Shown: in pieces, positions 1 through 14,605 of the stretch | Layout of the letters: each line of letters opens with the position of its first letter | Numbering within the stretch: the first letter of the stretch is position 1 | DNA from: Octopus sinensis | Taxonomy: Eukaryota | Reading direction: 5' to 3' | Length of the DNA: 64,000 nt | Assembly: GCF_006345805.1 (NCBI RefSeq) | Contig: NC_042998.1 | Coordinates: 161,076,001-161,140,000, forward strand | The notes under the pieces: generated by a model | Told to the model about the DNA's origin: nothing | What the model saw: only the letters and a program-made list of their open reading frames with translations | Database searches by the model: none | Translations under genes and position numbers: made by a program

Positions 1-540
1 ATCATTTAAATTAATATATTAAAATAATTGAAATAAACTGAGACTTATGTATAATAAGAAAAAGTTTTTCACATGTTGACTTATCATCATTGCCAAACTG
101 CATTGCTTATGGAAGTAACCAGTAGAACCCTATATATCAATACTGATCTAGAAATCAAATAAAATTTCAAACTAATATTTTAGTAGAAGGAGGCTATAGT
201 AAATAAAATGATCCCAGTTTCTTATTGCTACTTATTTCATTGGATACAACCAGCTAAAAGATAAAATTGACACCAGAGAGATTTGAAGTGAAAGATTTAA
301 GATTAAATATTGTAAGGCAGTTGCTCTGTTGCTTTATCCAACTCAATGCATTTATGAGACTAATATTGAATGATGAAATAATCAAGTAGGAAATAAATAA
401 TGGAAGACAGTGGAAAAAAAGCCATGGGAGAAGGATAAGCAAACAGGATGAGAGGGAGAAAGAGAGAGAGAGAGAGAGAGCTATGGATCTTTGTGATATT
501 TGTGTAATGCTAAAGGATATAACTAATTGCTGTTTTGTTA

Positions 541-578
541 GAAATGATTTGAGAAAAAGGAAATGATTTGAGAAAAAG
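541..578. repeat. 19-bp tandem duplication (gaaatgatttgagaaaaag x2)
   Basis: Two exact adjacent copies at 541-559 and 560-578. Confidence 0.9.
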
Positions 579-2574
579 TATACAATATAAACACTTTAGT
601 AAATTTGGTTTTTACATATATTTGTGTGTACATATGTATGTAATCAGAATACTGAAAATATCATCTATAGTAATTAAAGCAATAATTAATTTTGTTTTTA
701 AGAGATGTTTCTGATATATATCTTGAATTAATGAATAATCCTCAATGTTTTCCATTGTAAAATTATATCAAGCATTTCAAATATTAAAATAAAATGCACA
801 ACAGTAATTTATTAAAATATTATCTTAAAACAAGTCTAAAATAGCCTTCTTCTTGCTGCATTATAGTAATACAATGGTGATATATATCTTATCCCTCTGA
901 TTCAGTCTGGTAATATAGATATTAATTGAAATACTTTGCCTCAAAACACTAGTCTCTTGGTAATGGATGACATGCATGTATGTGTGTGTATATAAATACA
1001 CATAAACACACATATGTACAAATACATGTGTGTGTATGATAGATAATGGGTATATAGATAATATACATACACAGAGGTTGTTTTGTTGATGTCAGTTTTC
1101 AAAAATTTAGATCTCTATATTTTAATTTAAGGTTATTGAAAAAGAATACAAGATTCACTACCTTAAGAGGAAAATTCATGGTGACAGGCAGATATTTTCT
1201 TCATCACATAATCTGATATATAAAAGTACTATCTAAAACAATAGATAAATAAATACCTAGTGGAAACCTTTAATCAGTAATGAGAATATATCTGGGTTCC
1301 TGAGAATTATCCAGATTGACATAAAGACAGCCCACTTTGAAAAATGGTGACAGTAATCTTGTCAAAGATTACTGTCACTTTAGTTTGATTATTTCTCAGA
1401 GTCAACTTTAAAGATATAATAACAGCAAAAGTCCTCAGTACGGGTGGTCTTTGTTGACATAATGCCACTAATTAGCAGTAAAACAAAACAATAAAATTAA
1501 ATGAAAACATATCTAGAGGCATTGCCATAGAGGGGAGGATTTCTTTATGCTGAACAAGATAACTAATCAAAAGATTTTTTTATGCATTTAAAAACATCAT
1601 CTGTAATGGATACTATCAATAAAGACCCTACTTCCTAAGTCACATGGATTTGCATGTGACTTAAACACTTTTAGAAAAAAAGGTCTCCAATTATAAATAA
1701 CATAAATATTTAATAATGCAAAAGATTGATTTGTCTTTAAATAAGGGATTGATAGACCATTTATGCTTGATTGGTTTTCTTTGAAAATTATAGCAGTAAA
1801 GAAAAAAAGAAAAAAATCAAATATAAAAGCAAGTAATAGAGTGATATGCTTTTTATCAAGACAATCATAATTTGACAACAATTTTGAAATCAACAGCATA
1901 TCAATGGTGAGTTTATTTGAAGCCCTAACCTTATATGTGTCATACAAATTGGTGAAAAACAAAATTTAAATATTGATCATTTAAAATTATAACTTACAAG
2001 AAATTTATTATCCTTAGCAATTGATTTCATTACAAGATCTAATAAAACAATCATGAAGTTACCTAAAATGCAACTCTTTATAAGAATATCCATTTGATTA
2101 AACAATTATGTATTTTTCAAATAAACATCACAAAGCAATTGCTTTGCCCAGCATTCTTTGACATAGTGTGTAAGGAATAAATAATTAATAATTTCATTCA
2201 CTTGACTGGTCTAAAAAGTGTAAACTATTGATTAATAAAAATCATTCCAAACATGGTTAATGATAGAAGTTTTAAATGATTACCAGTAAAGAGAAGACTC
2301 AATCAATAAGATTTTTCAGACTTCTTTTTTGAGTGGATAAAGTTGCAGTATATGTGTGTCAATAGTTCTGCATACACTCACAGGTTCATGATTAACAATA
2401 ATTTAGAACATACATAGGCATGGTGATAGACTGGCTAAAGTACTTCATAGCTTAGTTATAAAGCCTAATTGCATTCAGTTATATGAAGACTTAGAAGATA
2501 TCAAGAATGGTGCACAAAAGAACTGAAAGATATGGTTTTTGGTAATGCAACTGTGATAGTAATAGATTTGTAAT

Positions 2575-2720
2575 ATGGGCACAAAACCACAAATTAATAA
2601 GGGGAGGAGTATAGACAATTGAGTTAAGCCCTAATACATTAATCCTAATATTTTATTGAATCTGCCCACTGGAAAGATGAAAAGCCAAGTTGAGATCAGC
2701 TGAATCTGAACTCCAAACAT
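2575..2720 (-). mobile_element. degenerate tRNA-derived SINE, family A
   Basis: Carries gatgaaaagccaagttgag...gaatctgaactc, a diverged version of the family-A core seen at 21332-21537. Confidence 0.55.
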
Positions 2721-5247
2721 AATGAACCAAAACTAAATATAAAAAAAACAACATGCCAGTGCAAGTAAAACAGTCTCAAATGATTTAAATTATATATTGA
2801 AAAACTGTACATTTATCTTTATAATTTATGTTGCAAAGAGATACATGATGTCAGAAATGGCAAAAAAATATAATAGAAATTGCACTGGGATTACACATAA
2901 AAGTCCTTAGTTTTCAGACCTAAACAAAGTTATTAATTTAACAACAGCTATTTTTAATCATCTTCAAAACATAAAAAGTAAAAAAATCCAAATGTAGGAA
3001 CTTGAAGAGTTTGTCATGATTTTCATAATTTTTTGCAGGTATAAACAGATGAGTTATAAATGAACTATCCAAAATGTTTCATCCATTTGTCCAAGAAAGT
3101 ATGAACACAACCATTTCTTGGCTATAATCAATGAGCTCAGACAAGACTCATGTATATGATACCATAATACATATCTCATATGCACTGTAGGAACACATCC
3201 TAAATACCCAAAACAAGCTCACCCAACAGATTGTCAAATTTGCTACAATCACTGGTTTATATGTGTATTGTTATTGTTTTTCTCTGCCTTTTCTGTCACT
3301 ATTGAAATGGCTACTTATGTTCAGAATTAGCAAAATGTCAACCTTTCCAACCCCACCCAATAGAGCCTCTTGTATCTCATTGTCTAAATCTCCAGCTTAA
3401 CATTTTACCTTCCCAAACCTAGGACTCTCTGGAATTCTTTCTCTGTCTATATTTTTTTTACAGGCATCAACCTACAAAAATTTAAGTTGAACATCAACCA
3501 CATTCATCCTATTAGCCTTTGTAGATCCTCAAAGATCAAAGATGCTGCCCCTTCCTTGACTAACTATCATATATAAAACTAAATAATCAAGAGTTGATCT
3601 AAACACACAGGTATGATATATAAATATTGGTGATTATAACAGAACAGGCTTAAAAAAATAACCAAGAAAGTTCCAGGTAGGAAATGAGGAATAAACGTCA
3701 TTTGATAGTCAGTAATAAGTCAATGTATCTATATAAATACATATATCTGTGCACATAGTTAATTGCACACAGTATAACTTTACAGTATACCTACATTCAG
3801 TTACTTTACCAAAAGATAATATAAACATATTAATTTTATTGTTGAAAAACTTACTTTTAAAGATATGTTATAACTATCTTATTGTGAATTTATATCTATG
3901 AATATAGATCTATGAGGTTAAGATACTTGGCTTACAAACTGCACCATGGTTCCTCTTCTACTTGGCTACTTTGAGAATGACTTGATTCTAACTGGGCACA
4001 TCCTTTCTACTTAAAATCAACAACATTTTATATTATCTCCATTTCCTTCTCATCTTCTTTAAGCCAGACACATCCCTCCCCAATGAATATACACACATAC
4101 ATGCATACACATTTGCACAACTTGGGCCTCTCATAAGCTCACAAGTATACACATATTGTTATGTTCATACATATGTGCACTTACATTGACTAACTCTGCT
4201 GCTTACTATTCGTTACTTGCATATTTCCACTCTTCTCTACTCAGAAACAACATACCTTTCTACCATCTTCATTCATTGTTACCATGATTCCCATGATAAT
4301 GCACAAATTATTTTCTTTCCTGCTCTCTCTCTCTCTCTCCCTCTCTTCTATATCATAAAAATACAAAACCTGTTCCCACAAAATTGACAATTTTCCATTT
4401 CTACACGGATGGCAAATACATTTACATGAAATTTTACATTTTGCTTTTTTTAACTGAATGGTCATGATGTAAGACCTTATTATAACATTGGTACACTGCT
4501 AATAGCAACTATGCAATTCTTACAAACTACTAAGAATACAGACTCAAAAGAGTGAAAGGAACAGGATATGAACTACCGACCTCTTGGCTGGCTGTCAGTT
4601 ATAGTATCAACTCAACCATCTAAGTTCACCTATTTATATACACATACACTAGCAGAGGAAGAACAAGAAGGAAAGAAATAAAGACAGAGTTTATTCACAG
4701 CATTTACATCCATATGATTTACATACTGTTGTACTACAAGTAGTTTATACAAAGCTTCACTCAACTGAAATCAGTGTTTGATGAATAGTATGTTTCATGA
4801 TGACAGCAAAATCATTCAATAATATTGGGAGGAAGAAAAAGTCAAAGTCAAGATTAGAGAAATAGAATATTGACTTTAAATGAAATTGAATTTGTTGTAG
4901 GACTCTGATGGCCTTCTAGATAATATTTTTTGATTGTGGGACCTACATTCATTTTCTTATTCTTGTAATGCAAATATATACACACATTTTTGCATTGCAA
5001 AAAGAAAAATAAATAAATAAATAAAAATTATTACAGCTTTAAAACAGTAAAATTTCCATTGAGAAAGGAATCTTCCTCTTCCTACTCCCAACCATTTATT
5101 TATTTATTCATATATTTATTTACTTATTTTTTCCAAGAGCAATAAATTCTGTTCTTGGCTGCTAGCGATGATAGAGGAAAACATTCTTGCACAGATTGTT
5201 TCTCCACTATTTCTCTTTACTGTGATGAAGCAAGTAATGGAGATAGG

Positions 5248-5248
<1 letters not shown>

Positions 5249-5296
<48 letters not shown>

Positions 5297-5299
5297 ATG

Positions 5300-5347
<48 letters not shown>

Positions 5348-5393
5348 AATATATGTGTGTATACACACACACATATATATATATATACATATA
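5249..5393. repeat. compound microsatellite (GT)n(ATGT)n(AT)n
   Basis: Directly visible; source of several spurious ORFs. Confidence 0.95.
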
Positions 5394-6989
5394 TTGTGTT
5401 CATTTTTAGAAACAGCAATTATCAAAAAGAAAAATCACTAAAAGAGCTTTTAGAAAGCAGTCTTTCTCTCTTTCAGGTCCCAGTTACTTAACATTAGAAG
5501 CAAAATGTAGAACTTCTCCAACAAAGTTTGAAGCTTGTGTAACATAAGCAAGCAATAGATGTTTCCCTATCGAAGGATTTAAAAAAAAAAAGGCAGGGAA
5601 AAGAAGCATTACATAAATATGTACCTCAAGTAGTTTCACAAACTGAAAATTGAAATAGATATGAATTCCAATCAGTTTTGATGCTTATAATTTCCATACC
5701 AGGATTATTCTATTATTTTGGTATTATTTCACTTTGTTTCTATTTGTTTAAAGGTTATTGTTAATTATACAACAGGATAGTCATATAGGATGCATTTGTC
5801 ACTGAGATAACACAAAATTACTCAAATAACACCACCAACAAAACCTATTGAAATCACTTCTTTAGTGTTTTAAGCATTGACTTATATTTATACCATTATT
5901 GATTAAGTTCAAAATCCAAAGTGACAGGGCAGACATTGAGTAAGATGAGCAAATGTTGAAGTGACAGTAAATGCAGTAAACAGCTAAAAAAATTCTTGCC
6001 TTTATCAGGCAACATAACTGAGTAATAGCAACGCCTACTCATTTTTAAAGCAATAGTGACAAGAATCTGGATAACAATGCATTGGATTTTAATAATTCTT
6101 TCTTTATCCTCCTCCTTTCTGTCTTCAACTATCTTTCTAAAGAGATATCAAAACAAAAATCAAAGAAAATTGAATAAAATTTGCATACATTTTTTTAGCA
6201 ATAAATCTGTTTTTGATTTAAAAAAACACAGATTTAATCAATTTGTCAATAATTTTAGAGATTCATTTTTATGATTACATTTTTCTTTCATGATTCACCT
6301 CAAGAAAAGAGATAGGCTAATAATAAAAATGGTACCATTATTACAAGGGGGAAAATGAAATAAGGCCTGATTGCATCTATGAGGTACAACATTTTTTTGT
6401 CTTTAATTGATGACTACTAGTTGACTACAAGCCAAATTACACAAAGTAGGATTACTGCTATTTATTTTATTAGAAAGGTGACAGGTTAAATCAGACTTGA
6501 GAGAATTTGAACTCATGACCAAAGAGTAGCACATTAAGATATTTATTATAAATCATAGAAATTCAATTCTGAAAAAAATAATAGAGAAAAATAACAAAAG
6601 GTTTAGATTTGGCATTAACATCAAAGAATATTATTTTTAGAAATCCTTTTAAGAATTATAATATAAACTAATTTAAATAATAATAAACATTAACAAACTT
6701 ATTATCTTTAGTTGAAATTTCAAAAATTTCTTTTTCCTAATTTGTGAAATTCTTCTATAACTTATAAGAGAATATGAAATGCTAACTAAAAGCTATATAA
6801 GTCATGAGCATCAGTGTCACTAGTCTTTGAGTAATGAACAAAAGACACAGGAATGTTAGGGTTTGAAATAAGAACTCTGATTTTCAATTAGATACTATCA
6901 TTAAATAGCTAGAGAGAATTTGAAAACTCAAGCAACGGTTATTATAAATTATGTGTGCAGGTAGATATAATTTCTAAATAACCACTGAC

Positions 6990-7262
6990 ATTATAAACTG
7001 TTACAGTGTCAAAGGGAGTGACCTGGAAAGAAGTAATAATAGAGAGCTGAAGCTACTGGACAAAAATCCTGGAAAAAGCTGAGTCATTGGGAATTTATTA
7101 TAGGATAGGGTTAATTTTAGGTGGTTTATACAAAAACATGAAACTACAGGAGTCACATCCCTAGAGACAACTAAAACTGAGTACAAAATATTAGTGCCAT
7201 CAAGGAAGTAACTTTGCTCAGTATATATATGGAGTTGATGGCAACTCAATACAGGATGCAAC
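6990..7262 (+). mobile_element. decayed RTE-like LINE reverse transcriptase fragment
   Basis: Translates as NCY..KGSDLERSNNRELKLLD, resembling the KGKGDALERxNYRGLKLLD motif that precedes RT domain 1 in RTE-clade LINEs; frameshifts and stops follow. Confidence 0.6.
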
Positions 7263-9427
7263 AATGTACTTTAATATCTCTTTCAATAGTAATACATCTG
7301 TAAAGTCAACTAAATAGTAGTAAGACAAGTAATTTATAATTGAGTGCTTGACTTGTGTCTAATATTTTGCTAAGTGCATTCTTCAGAGAGTAGAATGGTG
7401 CACTTTCTGTTACCAGTGGTAATTATTTACAACACTGTAAAGCAGCACATTAATAGCTTAACACTGGTAGAGACTGACATGGGAAAGTTCCTTTTTCTTA
7501 ACATTCTAAGAAAGTATAGACTCTACTGAATTGTTTTCAACAGGAACCAGTTGCTCAACCCTATCATGGGAAGTTTCAATTGCAAACTTAATTGAGATAT
7601 ATCTATGGAGAGGAATACAGTCATGTATATAAGCATATTTCTCCCTAACTAATACAATGACATGTCTCTAGTCCATCTGGCAATTCTCTGTAATTCCTTC
7701 TTAAATTCCATGTATATACTTGTCTCTCCTCTTTTATTATCTTTACTTTGTCTTACCCACTAAATTTGTTATAAGTAATTTCTTTGCAGAACACCATTCC
7801 TCTGGAATGTGTTCTGCCTATTTAGCAATCAATTTTTTAAACTAAACATTATTGATACTGTTTCCAAATTACTCTCATCTTTTGTTCATAGGAGGTATAA
7901 AACAACTGCTGATGAGCACTGCATTTTTTCAGCATAACAAATGAAGGAACCTATCAATAATATTAAAGGGAAAGAAAAAAAACAAAAAACAAAAAGCCTC
8001 ATGCATCCCTAGACACATGTTTAAGTTTCTCATGCACTGAAGATCAATGATGTTGAACAAAAAAGTAGAAATATTATAAAATGTTAAACTAAAATTAACA
8101 AGAAATTCAATTAGTTAATATTTGGGGTCCACAGAAGCTGAGTTAACTAAAAAATATCTTGAAAGAAAATAAGTTTTGTTTTTAACACAAGCAAGCAGAA
8201 GGTTTCAATATTGTTCATAGAAACAGCTGGCTTATGTTTGATATTCTTATCTTCATGATAAAGCAAAACCAGAGGAAAATAGTAAAAGAAGATAACAGAC
8301 AGACGATATATAATCTCAGTTGTAAAACAGAAAAGGTTCAAATTGAAAAAGAACAAAAATATAATTTAAAATTTAAAATATTGACATCTTGGATGTGAAG
8401 GGCCTATCTCTGAGGATGGAAATAAAATATAAATTCTGAAGATTAAATAAGACTAGCTGTCCATAAAGAATTTAAGCAATTCTGGTTTGTTTTAGTTTTA
8501 ATCTTCACAAAGCAGTCATCAAGATATGGCAGAATGATAGTGCTAAGGACAAAAATATTCTTGAAGGACAATAGTAGGTGAGCTTATCATATAGATAAAA
8601 GCTAATCAAACAAAATATGTTTTTCTGTGATATGTATGAGTATGTGCAGACATCGGTGTACACTCATGCAAGTGGAATGAGAGAGATTTTTAAAACAAAA
8701 AATTACAATCTCATAAGGCATGAAAGATATTGGTGGAATTATTAGAACAAATTTAGCTCATCAGCTTCATTCAATGTACAAAGAAAACATAATACCACCA
8801 TTATGTTACAAAAATATCAAACTAGTTACTGCAAATATATTGTGATAATGTACTGTACTTCTGTAGAATACATTAATTTTAAGAAAGTTTACAAAAGGAA
8901 AAAAAAAACCAAAAGCAAAACAGCTGATAATAAGATATATCAGGTGTTTTCAAAACATGAAACTCAAAAGGATATGATGAAATTTGGGCTAAAAAATAGT
9001 TAATCTACAGATAAATAATGGGAACCAGGCAAGATGTAAAAGCAAATAAAATGAAATAAGAGTTAATTTGGAATGAGTAAGTTAGATGTAGGTAAAGTAA
9101 AAGATCAATACAAGAGAAGATAATTTTTTTGTGAAATCTAAGCCACAATAGATGTGTTATAATAAGAATAATGCAGTGGGTGGAAAAGATGAAATGAGAA
9201 GAAATGGTTCTACAATGGGCGTTGGTAACTTCAAGGCAACTATTTTTAGTGGTACCTTGTTAAGTTGATTCTGTTTTAATGTAACAAAGGTTATACTTAA
9301 CTAACTTGGAAAATGAGAGATTTACATCAGATACTGACCAACATAAACAGCAGGAACAATAGTAAAAAAATTAAGAAGCTGGTCAATGGAACACAGAATC
9401 ATGCACACAGATCCTAACACAAATTGT

Positions 9428-9946
9428 TCCAGTTTTTGTCTAACCAAACGTTTTTCATAGCAGGCCAGATAACTGAGAGAATGATGAGCTCAGGCTGCAT
9501 AACCATTTTATTTAATACAATACAGTGAATACACAAAATATAAAGACAACCTATTTACCAAAATGTTATCAAAGAAGGTGATGTTAGCAATAAGATAGTT
9601 ACATCACACCCAGTTTGCACATATCTGAATCTCACAATCTAAGCAGCAAAAAAGGTTAGTGAGATTTGTGAACCTGGTGTTTAGTTTTTAAGATATAATC
9701 AATATCTGCATCCAACCAAGAGTATTGTTTACAAATGTTCATCAGTCAACCTCGTTCGATGTGCTGACTTCACATAACTTCACTTTTGAAAATGTTTGCT
9801 CACAGACATAAGTTTGCTCTCAAACACTGATGCCATACCAGAGGCAAACGCAGGTACTTACACAAAAGCTATAGAGTGGCTGTGGGCCAGATTAACTGAC
9901 CATGTGAGCCGTATCTGGCCTGCAGGCCATTCTTTGGTGACCTCTA
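9428..9946 (-). mobile_element. internally deleted hAT (Charlie/SPIN-like) DNA transposon
   Basis: Minus strand 9836-9656 gives MASVF..TYVCEQTFSK..YVKSAHRTRLTDEHL..IDYILKTKHQVHKSH* (frameshifted), i.e. the hAT C-terminal dimerisation motif. The right end gccgtatctggcctgcaggcc...tttggtgacctct is Charlie-like subterminal sequence. Confidence 0.8.
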
Positions 9947-11031
9947 GACTAACTAATAATAATACAAAAATGTTTCACACTTATTTTATGATTAGGTGGT
10001 TAGAAGTGGGAAGCATCTAGCTGTAAAGAATATCTGCTACAGCAAGTAAATCACCCCAACATACATCACTGGAAAATGGATAAAAAGAAAGTGGGGTGGT
10101 ATTTCACTTTTAAGGCTGTGTAAAATATCCTACTATCAATATTTTTTTTCTGTGTGAATGCAATTTCGCATTTCACGTATATATTTACTGCAATAGGAAC
10201 ACATTGAAAGTCTTAGCAAACAATCCTATAGTTAGATTTCTAAAGATAGGCAGGATTTTGAAGTCAGCAGTGAAGTAAATTATTTCTAACCAGAAATATA
10301 TCTCAACTACAAGGATACAAACATTGACCATACAATTTTTATGCATCCCATTCCCAAAATTAACAAAACATTCTAGATCTGAATTTTCTAAACTAAGTGT
10401 AGAAAATTAAGTAACACATAACAATTTACAAACAAATTGAAAAATATTTGCAAGTAAATCAATACATGCACCTTAATTTTCTCCATTTTTGCCAGAGGAA
10501 AGTATAAACCATAGCTTCATAAATCATAAAATACAAATATGTTAATACACTCTGTATATTGCAAATACATTAATGGATTTCAAAATTCAACTAGATAAAT
10601 TGTTTCAAAATATTGAGACCTGTATGGACGATAATGAATATATAAGCCTTCAAAATAAATTTTCTGGGATACTAATTAAGAAAATTGAATATTTAAATTG
10701 CACTCAAGTTTGAAAAAATGCAGTATATTATCTGAAAGTGTATATGTAACTTTCAAAGGGAAATTTTTAGTTTACTAATGGAAATACATTTGTTTAAAAA
10801 CTGAATACATCAAAGACACAAAAAGATTAAAAACACAAAAAAGACATGTAATTTTGGAGCAATTCTAAATAATCAATCGCGGGCATTATCATGAATTTTA
10901 CATTGTGTACCAAGTTGAACTGAAATGACAACTACCTGATACACGCAAGAGACTTATTATTAACCATATTTGAAAGGATTGATGGGCAGATCACACCTTG
11001 ACAATGTGTTCAGTGACAAATGGCTGGTTTT

Positions 11032-11072
<41 letters not shown>

Positions 11073-11984
11073 AGAGAGAGAGATTGAAATAAGTTGTGAA
11101 TACAGCCTTGTGTAAGAGCTGTTAGGCCCCATTGCACAAGAGTCCATCAGGACATCATAACAAAACAAGATTTAATTCAAATATCACATCATGAAATATT
11201 CATCAAACACATTCAGTGAGAGTGCTTTAGATTGAAATCATGCACAACTGGAGAAGAAAAACTGCAATCAGGAAATAATGATGATGATATATTGCAATAA
11301 ATAATTTTGCTGAAACTGGTTTTAGCAGCATGTACTTTTAAAAACAATACATTATCAAATAATATTTTACTCATTCAATAAACCTTTCATTAGATATCAA
11401 TGTAAAGACATTAGTTTTTGAGGTTTTTGAATATAGATGCAAAAACTTTCACTGCTTGATTAATTATTAAAATTTTACTCAAATAAATAAATTAGTGAAC
11501 CTATATATTGTTTATCAGTACTCCATTAATATGATATTCACTACAGATTTTCTTCCAGAACAGATACCAAATCATTCGTGTAATTTCAAGTAAAAATTCA
11601 CAGCAATTTCTACCTTATTGGTATAATGATACAGCTAATCTTTTAATATAGGTTATTATGGACTATTATCTAAGTCATGGTATAATCAATGCAATAAACA
11701 TTATAAATAATGCAATAAATGTCAAATACCCTTTCTTTATATATATATATATGAGAAGCTACTACATGCAATAATTATATAACAATTCTAATCTACCTTA
11801 AGACATCTAAATGTACACATTTCTTTCTTTTGCTTCTTATTCAGAAAGTGGAAAAAAAACATTGATGCACACATACATACAGATGCATAATATATACATA
11901 TTATATATATATATTTACACATATAAATATGTATGTGTGTATGTATGCATATATATATGTATGTAACATACATACATATAAAAA

Positions 11985-12234
11985 TCAAGGGCCCTTCCTG
12001 GGCCATGAGGTTGGTTTTTCCAGATTCTGTAGTGTATATAATCTCCCCCCCCCCCTGTGAAAAGGACACTAGTCCATTGCAGGATTACACATTTTTGGTA
12101 GCTGAGTAGACTTGATGCAACATGAAATTAAATGTTTCGCTCAAGAATACCACACATCGCCTAGTACAGAAATCGAAACCACAATTTTATGATTATGAGT
12201 GCAACACCCTAAACACTAAGCCATTTGCCTACAC
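11985..12234 (-). mobile_element. tRNA-derived SINE, family C
   Basis: Minus-strand head tggcttagtgtttagggtgttgcactcat...gtggtttcgatttc (A/B boxes), then ttgagcgaaaca...ctactcagct and gatggact-like tail; homologous to 19531-19775. Confidence 0.75.
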
Positions 12235-12499
12235 ATCTATATTTGTCTGTCTGTCTATTTATCTATCTATTTATACACACACCATGCATAGACATATACA
12301 TAGATATCAATATATATATGAATACATACAAAATAGATATTATATTCAAATTATCAGACAAAAAATAACTGACAATATTGATCATGCCATTGTATGATAA
12401 ACCTTAATGAAAATCTATTTATCAACTGAAATTCAGAACCTGATTAAATTTTGCTCAAAAATATTCTGCATCTGGTTTTGTGCTGCTGTTTTCCAATTA

Positions 12500-12620
12500 T
12501 TTACTACTACTACTACTACTACTGCCACTACTGCTGCTGCTAGTAGTAATAGTAGAAATAGTAATAGTAGTAGTAGTAGTAGTAGTATTGGTGGTGGTGG
12601 TGGTGGTGGTGGTGGAGGTG
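12500..12620. repeat. compound trinucleotide repeat (CTA)n(CTG)n(TAG)n(GGT)n
   Basis: Directly visible. Confidence 0.9.
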
Positions 12621-14559
12621 AAATTTAGCATAAATTTTTTTTTTTCTGTCTGCATGCATAAAAAGAAAACTGAACATAAGATTCTATTTTTTGTTTTTTA
12701 AAGTGAAAATGTAAATAATACTGAAAAAGTAATGAATACTATAAGCACTGTGTTGTAACATATATTGGTTAAATTCAATAATACACATTTACGCTATGAA
12801 AAAGAGAGGTGAAGTTGTATAGAGAAAGCTTAGCAGATGCTAACACCAGGTTGCATATTTGTATATTTATTTGTTTGTTTATTTATTCTGAAACTGTTTA
12901 ATTGGATACATTATTTGTGATAGCTGGAATGCTATCAGTTGTCTCTAGAGGATGTGTTCATAGGAGAGGTTTATCTCCATTTTGCTACCAGACTCCAAGA
13001 GTCTGGAACAAAAAAAATAAAGATATAATTACTTCCTTCCTTGGCCAGTAGGGATTGAAAACATTTTGTTGACGTTGAGATCTATAGATTTTTATGTAAC
13101 TTCTATTCTGTAAGTATACAATCATCTAAGAAAGTCCTTATAAATAATGAGTGAAATTTTCTGAACAACCATCTGTACTACATGAACTACATTAAAAGAG
13201 GCAAAAAGAATAATTCATTATGAAGTTAAATAGAACATAAATCATTTATTTACTAAGTTGTTGCTGTTGTTGTTAAGTCACAAGTCAGCTCTGGTCAAAT
13301 AAGACCAATAAAAGTAAATGATTATGTGTCACTTTCAATGATGAGTATTGAATTGTTTGATCAACTAGATTACCTGTATGCTGAATCAACATGTAAGTGG
13401 CTGAATATTCCACAGACATGTGTATTTTTAATGTAATCTTCAGGCAGAAAGAATATGACACAGTGTGTGTATCAAGGCTCGTATCCTTTGAATAATTATT
13501 CATCCATTGTTCTTCTGCACATATACTTTTGCATATCAGGGACATTGTCCAATGCTTATTTAAGTCGGTGTGATATGAAAGAGATTTGGTTACAGTTTCT
13601 GGCAGGTCAAGCAAACAAACATAAGTTTCTTGGTTGGACCTTATTTACTAAGAATAAAAGTAGATATGAAGAAAAAAGACTATTGTTGATATCTATATTT
13701 GTTTTCATGAATTAAGTATAAGAATTTTTTTCTGATCACACTGGGGATTTCTGATGAACAAATTTCATCTGTATTTTGTTCAATTTTTATTACTATCAAT
13801 TTCTTTTTATTTAATTCTATTTGCAGTAAGAGAAGATGTATACTTATAAAAATTTACATAATGAATGGCTGAACCAACTGGACGTTTATCATTCCTAAAT
13901 TCTTACCCTGACATGGCTCTAGCTTAATTCATAAACACACATGCATATATATTTATTTAGACATAAAAAGAGGCTATATATATATATATTATATACATAT
14001 TTGTGTACGTATGCATATGAGTGTATTACTTCTGAAGGGAAAAACAATCTATAAACCTGTAAACTAATTTATAAATAATGAGAGAGAGCAAATTTACTAG
14101 TGATCAATAGTATCTCTAAATAACCCACACACATTAAGCTATGGGTTTTACAAACAAGGATGAGGAAGGGTTCATCTACAAAGGGCACAAATGCTTCAAG
14201 TTCAGAAATTTGCCCAGCCTTGGTGACAAAATAAAATACACTTTAACCTTCAACATGAAGGGCAAGTGGGATTTACTTTTTATAAGGTAAAAGACATATA
14301 TTGTAAATCAGAAAACTACTACTTGACATTTAATGACACTTAAGTGTCTTTTTACTGTCAAGTACTTGGGTCAAGCATTTGTTTATTTGACATAATCTTT
14401 TATATAAGAAGACAGTACACATTGTCTTTCTTCCATAGGTTACTGTTGGGAGTATCAGAGGAAATTAGAGATTGCATCCCTGCTTTTTAAAAAATTTATC
14501 AAAACTTTATTTACATTATTTACATTTGACAGATATTTGTCCTCATCTTGTTTGTTGTT

Positions 14560-14605
14560 AACACAAAGTTTCAGCTGATATACCATCCTGCCTTCATCAG
14601 GTGTC
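14560..14605 (-). ncRNA. minimal type I hammerhead ribozyme motif (left arm, mutated)
   Basis: Minus strand reads gacac-CUGAUGA-a-ggca..agcu-GAAAC-uuu-guguu: core boxes, stem I gacac/guguu, degraded stem II and stem III. Confidence 0.7.

Noticed and set aside
3935-4005. Possible minus-strand coding exon (KGCAQLESSHSQSSQVEEEPWCS) before gtaagc
   Set aside because: Weak acceptor without a pyrimidine tract; short open frame expected by chance.
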